Part shown: positions 19,781 to 29,700 of the stretch, piece after piece
How the letters are laid out: every line of letters starts with the position of its first letter
How positions within the stretch are numbered: the first letter of the stretch is position 1
IMG/VR virus record: IMGVR_UViG_3300012667_000090
Span: 1-42,185 of that record
Origin: a virus
Lineage: Duplodnaviria; Caudoviricetes
Reading direction: 5' to 3' (one strand)
DNA: 42,185 bases
Notes under the pieces: generated by a model
Seen by the model: the letters and a program-made list of their open reading frames with translations, nothing else
What the model was told of the DNA's origin: nothing
Databases searched by the model: none
Position numbers and translations under genes: made by a program

Positions 19781-20983
19781 ATGATTACAAACACAGGTAA
19801 AACGATTCTTGCTAAGTATCTTATCGGCCAGACTCCAAGCTATGCATCTTACATTGCTGTTGGCTGTGGAGCTAAGCCACTGGCCTCAGCGTCACCATTT
19901 GGAGATTACTCGGCTAAAGACTCTTTAGACTTTGAAATGTTTCGTGTTCCAATTACATCTCGTGGATATGTTGTTGAGGGTGGTGTATCTCAGGTTGTGT
20001 TTACAGCCGAGCTGCCTACAGAGGAAAGATATGAGATCACAGAAATTGGCGTATACTCTGCTGCCAGTAATCAGCTAGCTGGTAACTACGATAGTAGAAA
20101 CCTCTATGCATTCTCAGACTCAGAAAAATGGGAGCACCACACAGTATCCCCAAATCTTGCGGTAGAAATTGAAAAGTTTAAAAACCCACTAGATACAAAT
20201 AATGACAATATTATTTCATTGCCTGGAGATCTAACTGCTTTCCAAGTAAATGCAGATAACAAGACATTCTCTAATGCTGACCGTGTTGATAGGTATGAGC
20301 GTTGCAGATTCCTAAACAATGTAATTGCAATACGTGGAGATGACTCACTTATTAACTCATCTTCTGGAGGAACTGTTCCACTATCAATTGCCAGCTCATG
20401 GCTTTCTGGACCAACGACCAAGTATTCAAACCACATCCATTTAACTGGTACGTCAATAGATCTCGACAATAACGCACCTACCGATGAATTGCGTTTGGCG
20501 TTCTCTGTAGTAAACCGTGTGGGACAAGACATCCTGACACCAGGAACAATTAACCAGCCTGAGGCAGTACGAATCCTAGTTGAGTTTAAGTCAACTGAAA
20601 GTGACACAGCACCATCTGCAGTTCAGTATGCAAACTTTGAGGTAGATCTTGTTCAGGGTTCTGGTGGAGTAGACTTTGCCACAAATAGATACTTTACTGT
20701 TAGTAAAAAGCTAGAAGAGCTACGAAAGAGTAGTGGATTTACTTGGAGAGCAATCGATGTTGTAAAAATTTCAGCAACAGTAATTGATGGTGGCGTTCCG
20801 TCTAGCGACTTCTACGTTTGTTTAGATGCAATTAGGGTAGAGAATGTTACTACAGTAAACCCACTATACGGAATGACAGCCTACACTGTTGTTAAGACGA
20901 CAGATGCTGAGACTATTGTGAAGTCTCCAAACACCAGCAACTTTGTTGAGTTTAGATTTGGCTTGGGAATCGACGGGGTATAG
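19781..20983 (+). CDS. Minor tail/baseplate or fibre-attachment protein
   Basis: N-terminal 'MITNTGKTILAK...YIAVG.G...ITEIGVY' resembles tail-fibre/baseplate N-terminal domains. Confidence 0.6.
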   Translation: MITNTGKTILAKYLIGQTPSYASYIAVGCGAKPLASASPFGDYSAKDSLDFEMFRVPITSRGYVVEGGVSQVVFTAELPTEERYEITEIGVYSAASNQLAGNYDSRNLYAFSDSEKWEHHTVSPNLAVEIEKFKNPLDTNNDNIISLPGDLTAFQVNADNKTFSNADRVDRYERCRFLNNVIAIRGDDSLINSSSGGTVPLSIASSWLSGPTTKYSNHIHLTGTSIDLDNNAPTDELRLAFSVVNRVGQDILTPGTINQPEAVRILVEFKSTESDTAPSAVQYANFEVDLVQGSGGVDFATNRYFTVSKKLEELRKSSGFTWRAIDVVKISATVIDGGVPSSDFYVCLDAIRVENVTTVNPLYGMTAYTVVKTTDAETIVKSPNTSNFVEFRFGLGIDGV

Positions 20984-20993
20984 CGAGTAACCC

Positions 20994-21197
20994 ATGGCAG
21001 ACTCAGGCATTAAGAATGTAAGAATAGTTAGAAGCAAGCTACCAACTGTTGCACAAAACTCTGACTACTTTATTAGATATCGCATTGTATCTGAAGACAA
21101 GAACAAAACCTCACACTGGTCTCAAGTTTATTCAATTACAAATACATATGTAGATGCGGATAACATTATCTATCTAGATGGTGGAGAAGAGTCATGA
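20994..21197 (+). CDS. Small tail protein with an Fn3-like strand motif and C-terminal LDGG
   Basis: 'YFIRYRIVSEDKNKTSHWS'; ATGA-coupled to the fibre gene. Confidence 0.6.
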   Translation: MADSGIKNVRIVRSKLPTVAQNSDYFIRYRIVSEDKNKTSHWSQVYSITNTYVDADNIIYLDGGEES

Positions 21198-21994
21198 CAG
21201 ATATCTCCGTAATTCAGCTAAGACGTGCCACAGCAACATACTGGTGGGATACAAATCCAGTTCTTCGCAGAGGTGAGCCAGGGTTTGAGATTGACACCTT
21301 AAAGCTTAAGATAGGCAATGGGTCTACACCATGGAGAACGCTGGCATACTTAACGCCAGATGACCTTATTACCGAAACAGAGCTAAATGAAGCTCTTGCA
21401 GGATTTACCACTGTACCACCTGGAGTCATATCTCAGTATGTGGGGGCAACAGCACCAACTGGATATCTATTCTGTAGAGGACAGCAGCTAAATAGGGCAG
21501 ATTATCCGACTCTATTCAACGCACTTGGTGGAACATCGTCACCATATGGTCTACCAAATAGCACAACCTTTAATGTGCCAGATCTACAAACAAAGGTAGC
21601 TGTTGGTAAGTCTACCTCTGGAAGATTTGCTGCACTAGGAAACAGCGGTGGTGCAGATGCTGTTCAGCTAAATGAAACACAGATGCCAGTCCACAGCCAC
21701 AATGCGTCATCTACACAGGGTACACACGGCCACTCCGCTGGAGACTACGGTCACGCCCACAATACCTGGAATAACTACCAGGTTGCTGGTGGATCTGGTG
21801 CTATTATGACTGGTTCTGCTGGTGATGGTCGTGGTAACGCTACAGAGACTGGATATGCAAGTGTTTACGTTAATGCAGCAAGTGCTGGACCAATTACAAC
21901 AACAGTACAAAATGCTGGTGGTGTTGGCGGAGTAACTCAGACACACGAAAACATGCCACCATTTATTGTTGTTAACTACATCATTAAGACCTAG
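21194..21994 (+). CDS. Tail fibre: Mtd_N-like N-terminus, tail-collar domain and HxH needle
   Basis: 'IQLRRATA..W...NPVL..GE.G.E.DT.K.KIG.G...W..L.Y'; 'PPG.I..Y.G..AP.GYL.C.GQ.L.R.DYP.LF..LG...FNVPDL'; HSH, HGH and HAH motifs; C-terminal 'HENMPPFIVVNYIIKT'. Confidence 0.85.
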   Translation: MTDISVIQLRRATATYWWDTNPVLRRGEPGFEIDTLKLKIGNGSTPWRTLAYLTPDDLITETELNEALAGFTTVPPGVISQYVGATAPTGYLFCRGQQLNRADYPTLFNALGGTSSPYGLPNSTTFNVPDLQTKVAVGKSTSGRFAALGNSGGADAVQLNETQMPVHSHNASSTQGTHGHSAGDYGHAHNTWNNYQVAGGSGAIMTGSAGDGRGNATETGYASVYVNAASAGPITTTVQNAGGVGGVTQTHENMPPFIVVNYIIKT

Positions 21995-21997
21995 TCG

Positions 21998-22006
21998 TGA
22001 TATACT
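21998..22006 (+). promoter_or_regulatory. Extended -10 promoter TGaTATACT (short or no leader)
   Basis: Motif ends 9 nt before ATG22016; no SD. Confidence 0.6.
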
Positions 22007-22015
22007 AGACATACT

Positions 22016-22459
22016 ATGTCAAGAATTCCAACACCAGAACGTGGCCAGCCTCTAGATCTATCATATATCTATGCAATGGCAGAAGCAATCAATGATCTTT
22101 CAGAAGAAGGCTCGGCATTAAGCCAGGGTAATAATTTTATTATTAAAGACAAGAGTGGTGTATCAACATCATCAAAGCTATATAGCTCACAGGTAACTGG
22201 AATGTACGTTACTGTTGCAGCATCAAGCTTTAATAGCTCTTCAAATGAGTCTACACAAACAGTAAACTTTACACCAGTATTTGCTTCACCACCAATCGTT
22301 ACAGCTACCATTGTAAACACTGGTGGAACAACATCTGGAACAGACGTATCCGTAGTCCTAAAGAACATTACAACCAGCTCTGTTGATGTTGTTGTAAAGT
22401 TTGCTACATCAGAGCTATCATCCGTAGGTGTGAACCTGATAGCTATCGGTCTTCCATAG
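22016..22459 (+). CDS. Small tail protein with an H-type-lectin-like C-terminal domain
   Basis: 'VNF...F.SPP.V.AT...V..KNITT..V.V...VNLIAIG'. Confidence 0.55.
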   Translation: MSRIPTPERGQPLDLSYIYAMAEAINDLSEEGSALSQGNNFIIKDKSGVSTSSKLYSSQVTGMYVTVAASSFNSSSNESTQTVNFTPVFASPPIVTATIVNTGGTTSGTDVSVVLKNITTSSVDVVVKFATSELSSVGVNLIAIGLP

Positions 22460-22467
22460 GAGGCATC

Positions 22468-22992
22468 ATGGTCAGTAGAGAAGAGTACAACTCTGCACCA
22501 ATTATCCCAGGGAATAAGAACGTTTGGTTTTTAAACGGGGACTTGGTGAGGTCATACCATATCAATAGATCTAATGGTATTATGACTGTCCAAAACATAA
22601 ACACTGGCAACATAGAAAGCTGTCTGGTGGGTGACTTTAAAAAGAATAGACTAAGAGCTTATACAGTAAATGAAACAGCAAAGCTAGTAAATCGTCATAG
22701 AAAATATATGCCACAGCTAATGGAGCGAGGGACTATTCCATTGCCAACTGGATCTTCATTAAATAAAGAAAGAGGATGGCAGATTAGGGCTTATTACTCT
22801 GAATTGCAGGTACATGAGATCCGTGATATACTTGCTACCTACAGTATTGGTCGTCCACGCAAGGATGGTCTAATCAATAACGATATTACTCCAACAAGAC
22901 AAGAGTTGACAAGACGAATGGGAGATGGTATCCTTACATATACAAGGACAGAAGACGGCAGGTTTATTCCTGTATGGTCGGAATCCATTTAA
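22468..22992 (+). CDS. MerR/excisionase-like HTH DNA-binding protein
   Basis: GGAGG SD; 'YTVNETAKLVNRHRKYMPQLMERGTIP...RAYYSE..V'. Confidence 0.65.
   Translation: MVSREEYNSAPIIPGNKNVWFLNGDLVRSYHINRSNGIMTVQNINTGNIESCLVGDFKKNRLRAYTVNETAKLVNRHRKYMPQLMERGTIPLPTGSSLNKERGWQIRAYYSELQVHEIRDILATYSIGRPRKDGLINNDITPTRQELTRRMGDGILTYTRTEDGRFIPVWSESI
22906..22934 (+). promoter_or_regulatory. SigA/sigma70-type promoter TTGACA-17-(TGg)TATCCT inside the HTH gene
   Basis: Perfect -35, 17-nt spacer and extended -10, directly upstream of the replication genes. Confidence 0.65.
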
Positions 22993-23006
22993 TCCTTTGA
23001 GAGGGT

Positions 23007-23225
23007 ATGAGAGAAGAAATGCAAAACGAACAAACTAAGATCAATGTTACGCTTGGTTATACACTTAACCTAGGTAACTTTCAGTCACTCCGCATCGACC
23101 TGGGCATTGAAGACTCACGTCGTGACGGAGAAACTATCGATGAAGCATTTAACCGAGTTTATAGCTTTGTTGAATCCAAGCTTGCTGAAAAGGTTAACGA
23201 GTCTAAAGACGAAATTCCAGAGTAA
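23007..23225 (+). CDS. Conserved-type hypothetical phage protein
   Basis: 'TLNLGNFQSLRIDLG'; the start could alternatively be ATG23019. Confidence 0.7.
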   Translation: MREEMQNEQTKINVTLGYTLNLGNFQSLRIDLGIEDSRRDGETIDEAFNRVYSFVESKLAEKVNESKDEIPE

Positions 23226-23533
23226 TGGCTGAACGCAAAGACCGAATGGCTTTGCTCAGCAGGTACGCAAAGCTTCACAACTTTCACTATGAAGAGCGTT
23301 CATTGCTCAACCTTAACGTAGAGCAATGGGCAGCAGATGCACTCATAGAGTCATACGGTATTGACTACTGCTATGAGATTATGCAATACTATTTTAATGT
23401 TTCCGAAAAACCTACATGGAAATATTTTGCATACAACACAGAAGATATCATTGCTGCTCGTCAGCAATCAGAACAAGACAAATTAGAGCGTGCACAACGC
23501 AGAGAAATGGCAAAGGCGTGGTTAAGTGAGTAA
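23225..23533 (+). CDS. Hypothetical protein (possible helicase loader)
   Basis: Coupled between the upstream gene and dnaB; helical; function inferred from position only. Confidence 0.6.
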   Translation: MAERKDRMALLSRYAKLHNFHYEERSLLNLNVEQWAADALIESYGIDYCYEIMQYYFNVSEKPTWKYFAYNTEDIIAARQQSEQDKLERAQRREMAKAWLSE

Positions 23534-24746
23534 TACAGAATCAAAGCTGATTTCAGCAGTACTAGAGGATAAGCAGGTCCATGTTTTGCTGCAAGCAAAC
23601 GTAGACAACATTCTGCGTACGCATAATGATATCTGGAAGTTTATTCGTAACTACTTTGAGCAAAACGGATCAACTCCACCAACCTCGCTGGTTGTTGATA
23701 AATTCCGTGACTTTGAGCCAGTAGCTGGGGTAGGTGCAACAAAGCACCACCTAGATGAACTACAGGCAGAGTTTATGAACGATAGCCTCAAGGACATTCT
23801 TCGTACAACTGCCTCCGAGGTGCAAGATGGAAAAGCACCAGAGGCACTAGAACACCTAATCTCAAAGACATCAGAACTAAAGAAGAATGCTGCTGTTATT
23901 CGTGACATCGATGTTACTGACATCGAGTCAGCAGTAGCGTACTATGAGAATGTAAAGAAGCAGATGGCTGCTGGCTCTGTCGGCATCAAGACTGGTCTTC
24001 CAGGGTTTGACAACTACCTGCCTGCTGGTATCACTCCAGGTCAGCTTGGCGTATTCTTGGCATACCCAGGTATCGGTAAGTCTTGGCTATCGCTTTATTT
24101 TGCGGTACAGGCATGGAAGCAGGGACGATCACCACTAGTAATCAGCCTAGAAATGAGTGAGACAGAAGTCCGTAACCGTGTATATACAATCATGGGAGAA
24201 GGTCTGTGGTCGCACCGTAAGCTATCTTCTGGTGAGGTTGAGCTAGATACACTGCGTATGTGGCACAAGAAGAATATCGAAGGCAAGCCAGAGTTTCACA
24301 TTATCTCTAATGATGGTGGTGGAGAAGTTACTCCATCCGTTATTCGTGGAAAGATTGACCAGTATAAACCAGATCTGGTTATCGTTGACTACCTGCAGCT
24401 TATGTCTCCAAACACTAAGTCTGACAGCGAAGTTGTTCGTATGAAAAACTTGTCTCGTGAGCTCAAGCTACTGGCTATCTCTGACGAGATTCCCATTCTT
24501 GCTATTTCCTCTGCTACACCAGATGACGTTAACAAGTTAGACACTGTTCCTACCTTGGGTCAGACCTCATGGTCACGCCAGATCGCATACGATGCTGACT
24601 GGGTTATGGCTCTTGGTCGTGGTACAAACTCTGATATCATCGAGTGTGTATTCCGTAAAAACCGTAACGGCTTTATGGGTGAGTTCTTAGTTCAGGTAGA
24701 TTTTGACAAGGGATTCTATAAGTACAAGGACTTTGAAGATAACTAG
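23526..24746 (+). CDS. dnaB: DnaB-like replicative helicase
   Basis: TG...FD, Walker A AYPGIGKS, SLEM, Walker B VIVDYLQLM, KNRNG. Confidence 0.95.
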   Translation: MSNTESKLISAVLEDKQVHVLLQANVDNILRTHNDIWKFIRNYFEQNGSTPPTSLVVDKFRDFEPVAGVGATKHHLDELQAEFMNDSLKDILRTTASEVQDGKAPEALEHLISKTSELKKNAAVIRDIDVTDIESAVAYYENVKKQMAAGSVGIKTGLPGFDNYLPAGITPGQLGVFLAYPGIGKSWLSLYFAVQAWKQGRSPLVISLEMSETEVRNRVYTIMGEGLWSHRKLSSGEVELDTLRMWHKKNIEGKPEFHIISNDGGGEVTPSVIRGKIDQYKPDLVIVDYLQLMSPNTKSDSEVVRMKNLSRELKLLAISDEIPILAISSATPDDVNKLDTVPTLGQTSWSRQIAYDADWVMALGRGTNSDIIECVFRKNRNGFMGEFLVQVDFDKGFYKYKDFEDN

Positions 24747-24752
24747 TATAAT
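24747..24752 (+). promoter_or_regulatory. -10 box TATAAT, leaderless spacing to ATG24759
   Basis: Directly after the dnaB stop; 6-nt gap to ATG; no SD. Confidence 0.6.
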
Positions 24753-24758
24753 TAAAGA

Positions 24759-25103
24759 ATGGATGCTTTTCATCATAAACCACTTAAAAAGTTTAGTCTG
24801 GATGGAAACATTCATGACGACTCTGCAATCTGGAGATTAAAGAATGAGTACATAACTCTTTTAACTACAGAGATGAAAATGTCGGGGTACGTACCAAGGC
24901 TTGACATCAATGCAGACTTTACAATAGAATATAACGAAACAAAACAACACTTTACATTTGAATTATCATTATATGGAGTATACGTAGGAAAGAGAAAGAG
25001 CGAATGGATTACAGGGATAGACGAAACAAGAGTAGTATATACACAGAAGAGCAGGTCAAGCGAGTCCTCGCAGGATCTGGAATCACCATCGAATCTGAAG
25101 TAG
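24759..25103 (+). CDS. Hypothetical protein overlapping the primase start
   Basis: 114-aa ORF with leaderless-type promoter; the last 100 nt overlap the primase ORF in another frame. Confidence 0.65.
   Translation: MDAFHHKPLKKFSLDGNIHDDSAIWRLKNEYITLLTTEMKMSGYVPRLDINADFTIEYNETKQHFTFELSLYGVYVGKRKSEWITGIDETRVVYTQKSRSSESSQDLESPSNLK
24901..24930 (+). promoter_or_regulatory. Promoter TTGACA-18-TAGAAT upstream of primase
   Basis: Near-consensus hexamers inside ORF 24759..25103. Confidence 0.55.
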
Positions 25104-25948
25104 ATTCAGATTTCATTATCTTCTGCCCTTTCCATGGCAATCACCGTACTCCAGCTGGTGAGGTAGACAAGACATCTGGCATATTCTTCTGTTTCTCATG
25201 TCATAAAGCATGTGACTTAATTGAATTAATTATGCACACATCTGCTAGGACATACTTTGAAGCTGCACGTTATATTAAGAGTAAGGAAACAGCTAGCGAC
25301 CTTTCTTTAGATATTGACAAGCAGCTAGAGAAGGCACCAGACTACGTACCATTTGACGAGCTGACTGTAAAGAGGCTTAATGCTTCAGCACTTGAGTCTC
25401 CACGTGCAGCACGATACTACCAGGGAAGACTCATTACCAAAGAGTCTGTTAAGAAGTTTGGCCTAGGCTATTCTGAAAAGCAGGACATGGTAACTATTCC
25501 AGTTCACTCACCAGACGGACTATGCGTTGGCTTTGTTGGTAGGTCTGTTGAGGGTAAGGAGTTTAAGAATACTCCTAAGCTACCAAAGAGTAAGGTTTTG
25601 TTTAACCTGCACCGTATCAAGACATCTAGGACTGTCTATGTCGTAGAGTCATCTTTTGATGCGATTAGGTTAGATCAGTGTGGAATGCCAGCGGTAGCCA
25701 CACTAGGTGCCAGCGTTAACGGCACACAGATAGGTCTACTTCAAAAATACTTCAATGACATTATCGTCATTGCTGATAATGATGAAGCAGGTGGCAACAT
25801 GAAAGATAAGCTTGTTGAAAAGCTAGGATCTCGTGTTACCGTATTGCAACTAGAAAAACAATACAAAGATATTGGCGACATGGATGATGAATCAATTAAA
25901 AAACTTCGTCAGGGGTTTGACAAGTCTATCCAAGCCATGCTAAACTAA
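25004..25948 (+). CDS. dnaG: DnaG-like primase
   Basis: Zn finger CPFH...CFSC; GFVGR; TOPRIM VVESSFD, ATLG, DNDEAG, KD. Confidence 0.92.
   Translation: MDYRDRRNKSSIYTEEQVKRVLAGSGITIESEVDSDFIIFCPFHGNHRTPAGEVDKTSGIFFCFSCHKACDLIELIMHTSARTYFEAARYIKSKETASDLSLDIDKQLEKAPDYVPFDELTVKRLNASALESPRAARYYQGRLITKESVKKFGLGYSEKQDMVTIPVHSPDGLCVGFVGRSVEGKEFKNTPKLPKSKVLFNLHRIKTSRTVYVVESSFDAIRLDQCGMPAVATLGASVNGTQIGLLQKYFNDIIVIADNDEAGGNMKDKLVEKLGSRVTVLQLEKQYKDIGDMDDESIKKLRQGFDKSIQAMLN
25917..25946 (+). promoter_or_regulatory. Promoter TTGACA-18-(TGc)TAAACT for the SSB gene
   Basis: Located in the last codons of primase; AAGGAG SD downstream. Confidence 0.65.
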
Positions 25949-25987
25949 TATACCCACACAGGGAAAATAATAAACAAGGAGAAATAA

Positions 25988-26653
25988 ATGAGTGTAATTA
26001 AAGGGCTAAAGAATATCAACGCACTACTTGATAAGCCAAAGTATGATGAAAACGCACCACGAGTACGCTGGCTCAAGCTAGCTGATGGCCAGTCTGTAAA
26101 GATTCGTTTTATCGAAGAGCTTGATGAAGACTCGGCAAACTATGACTCAGAGCGTGGCCTCGCTCTTGTTGTCAAGGAACACACCAATCCAAAGGATTAC
26201 CGTCGTAAGGCTGTAGACACCATGGATACCGAAGGCCGTGACTGGGCCGAGGAAATGCACCGCAAGGATCCTAAGGCTGGATGGCGTGCACGTCTTCGCT
26301 TCTACTGTAACGTTCTCGTTGACGATGGTATCGATGCTCCATACGTTGCTATCTGGTCAATGGGTGTTTCAAAGCAGTCGTCTTTCAACACCATTCGTGA
26401 ATACGCACTTGAGACTGGCAGCATTTCTAATGTTGTATGGAAGCTCAAGCGTAACGGTCAGGGTACTGAGACTAGCTACACGCTAATCCCATCAGCACCA
26501 GACTCCGAGCCATTTGCTTGGAACGACATCAAGCCATTCCCTCTTGAGATGGCACTTCAGCAGATTCCATATGCTGAGCAGGAAGCATACTACTTGGGCT
26601 TTGATGGTCCAGGTGGCGGATCTTCCGCAACATCATCTACCATCGACTGGTAG
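25988..26653 (+). CDS. Single-stranded DNA-binding protein (gp32-like)
   Basis: 'L.DGQSVKIRF...KLKRNGQG.ETSY.L.P'; flexible tail ending in DW; strong SD and biased codons; lies between primase and polymerase. Confidence 0.7.
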   Translation: MSVIKGLKNINALLDKPKYDENAPRVRWLKLADGQSVKIRFIEELDEDSANYDSERGLALVVKEHTNPKDYRRKAVDTMDTEGRDWAEEMHRKDPKAGWRARLRFYCNVLVDDGIDAPYVAIWSMGVSKQSSFNTIREYALETGSISNVVWKLKRNGQGTETSYTLIPSAPDSEPFAWNDIKPFPLEMALQQIPYAEQEAYYLGFDGPGGGSSATSSTIDW

Positions 26654-26659
26654 TAATCT

Positions 26660-26692
26660 GGGTGGGAGTCACTATTGTGGTGGCTCCCATCC
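26660..26692 (+). terminator. Long hairpin after the SSB gene (terminator/attenuator without U-tract)
   Basis: GGGTGGGAGTCACTA-ttg-TGGTGGCTCCCATCC, 15 bp including three G-U pairs. Confidence 0.7.
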
Positions 26693-26736
26693 TACCTAAA
26701 CTTTTATCCATGTACTAATATCAAGAAAGTTATTCT

Positions 26737-29700
26737 ATGAGCTACGTTGGACTTCACGTTCACACTCACTATTCGTTGTTTGACGGTATCGCAACACCAC
26801 AGGAATATGTGGAACGAGCAAAAGAGCTGGGTATGCCAGCCATTGCCATTACCGATCACGGTTCACTCTCAGGACACCGTGAAATGTATCGCACTGCTAA
26901 GGAAGCAGGAATTAAGCCAATCCTCGGTGTAGAAGGATATATGGCACAAGACCGATTTGACCACCGTGATGCCTCTGAGCGTGAGCACGTGCTGGACATG
27001 GTCTATAACCACATCGTTATTCTGGCTAAGAACCAGAAGGGTCTTGAAAACCTTAACAAGCTTAACGAGATTGCGTGGACAGAAGGTTTCTTCAAGAAGC
27101 CACGTATTGACTTCGAGGTGCTTGAGCAGTACAGCGAAGGGCTAATTGTAACATCAGCTTGCCCAAGCGGCATTGTAGCAAAGTCCATTGAGACTGGTGA
27201 GCTTGCTGTTGCAAAGGAAAAGATTGAGTGGTTCCACCGTGTGTTTGGTGACGACTACTACATTGAGGTAATGCCTCACAATGCCCCAGAGATTAACAAG
27301 GTTCTTCTAGAGCTTGCAGACGAGTATGGAATTAAAGCGGTAGCAACACCAGACTGCCACCACTCTGACCCTAGCCAGAAAGAAATCCAAGAGCTCAAGC
27401 TTATTCTTAACACTTACTCTAATAAGATTGAGAAGGATGCTACCTACGAGAAGTCTCTAGAGTTTGATAACCTTATGGACCGTCTTGACTACCTATACGG
27501 TGCAGACCGTCAGATGTCATTTAATAAGTTTGACATTCATCTACTCTCTTATGAAGAGATTAAAGAAGCCATGGCAAAGCAGGGTATTGAGCGTGAAGAT
27601 ATTTATGCTAATAGCCTAGAGATTGCCAATAAGGTACAGGACTATGACATCAAGGACCACATGGACCTTTTGCCAGTTCAGTACCCAAAGCCAAATGAAG
27701 AGCTTATGTCTCTTGCCCTAGAGGGCTTGAAGGCACGAGGTCTTGAAGGCAAGCAAGAATATCTAGATCGCCTGAACGAAGAGATGCAGGTTATTTCCGA
27801 CAAGAACTTTGGTCCATACTTCTTGGTCGTCCGCAATATGATTTCATGGGCAAAGAAAGAAGGTATTCGTGTCGGTCCTGGTCGTGGTTCGGCTGCTGGT
27901 AGTCTTCTCTGTTATGCTCTTGGTATCACAGATATTGACCCGATTGTTCATGGACTTTTGTTCTTCCGTTTTATTAATCCAGAACGAAATGACTTTCCAG
28001 ATATTGATACTGATATCCAGGATTCTCGTCGAGACGAGGTAAAAGATTATCTAGTTAGACAGTATCGTCACGTTGCATCTATTACCACATTCCTTACCTT
28101 TAAGGATAAGGGTATGATTAAGGATATTGCTCGTGCACTGCACATTCCATTGCCAGAGGTAAACAAGGTGTCTAAGGTAATTGACACATGGGATGAATAC
28201 TGCACCTCGAATGCAACACTTGAATTCCGACAGAAGTATCCAGAGGTTGAAGAGTTTGGAGAGCAGTTACGAGGTCGCATTAAGGGTACTGGTATCCACG
28301 CTGCTGGTGTCGTAACCGCACGTGAGCCAATCTTTAAGCATGCCCCTATGGAAACTCGTACAGATCCTAAGACTAAACAGCGTATCCCCGTGGTAGCTGT
28401 AGACATGGGTGAGGCTGAGCGTATTGGTTTGATTAAGCTTGATGCCCTTGGTCTTAAGACACTGTCCGTACTTGACGACACTCTTAGTATTATTAAAGAA
28501 CGCCATGGACAGACCATTGAGCTTCTAGACATTAATATGGACGAGCGACCAGTCTACGAGATGCTTTCTGCAGGTCACACCAAGGGTGTGTTCCAGTGTG
28601 AAGCCACACCATATACAAACCTGTTGGTAAAAATGGGGGTAAAGAACCTAGACGAGCTATCTGCATCAAACGCACTAGTACGTCCAGGTGCTATGAATAC
28701 CATTGGTAAAGACTACATTGCCCGTAAGCATGGTAAGCAGAGTATTAGCTTTAGCCACGTTAAGATGAAGGCATTTACATCTGACACCTATGGCTGTATT
28801 CTCTACCAGGAGCAGGTCATGCAGGCCTGTACAGAGCTTGGCGGAATGACAATGGCAGAGGCTGACAAGGTTCGTAAGATCATTGGTAAGAAGAAGGATG
28901 CTAAGGAGTTTGACCAGTTCCAGGACCAGTTCGTCAAGGGTGCATCTCAGTACCTAGGCGAAGAGGGTGCACGTGACCTGTGGCATGACTTTGAAGCACA
29001 CGCTGGTTATTCGTTTAACAAGTCACACGCTGTAGCCTACTCTACGCTTTCATACTGGACAGCATGGTTGAAGTACTACTATCCAATTGAGTTTATGTTT
29101 GCTCTTCTTAAGAATGAGAAGGACAAGGATGCACGTACAGAGTACCTTATTGAGGCAAAGCGTATGGGCATTCCAATTCGACTCCCACACGTTAACGAGT
29201 CTGATAACGACTTTAAGATTGAGGGCAAGGGTATTCGATTTGGTCTTTCTGGAATTAAGTATGTATCAGATAACATTGCTGGTAAGTATCTTGCAGCACG
29301 ACCATTCAAGTCATACAAGGAGCTAGAAGAGTTTACATTTGCCAAGGGTAGCGGTGTCAATAGCCGTGCACTATCGTCTATGAGACTTATTGGTGCAACT
29401 ACGTTTGACGACTGCCCACGTAATGATGAAGAGATTCGAGAGAATCTTTATGAGTATCTTAACCTACCAGAGTTTAACATCTCAGTACCAGCACACTTCC
29501 ATGCCTTTATCAGCGAGACCGTTGACTTTGAGGAAAAGGGTGCATTCATCGTTATGGGAATGGTAAAGAACATCAAGCGTGGCAAGGGATGGTCTCGTGT
29601 AGAGATCCTAGATAAGACTGGTGTTGTTGGAATCTTTGATGACGAGCAGACTACGATTGAGCCAGGTAAGACATACATTGTTCTTGCCAGTGATAACCGT

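Noticed and set aside
21194-21994. Diversity-generating retroelement suggested by the Mtd_N domain
   Set aside because: No reverse transcriptase, template/variable repeat pair or C-type-lectin-like variable domain is seen in the window.
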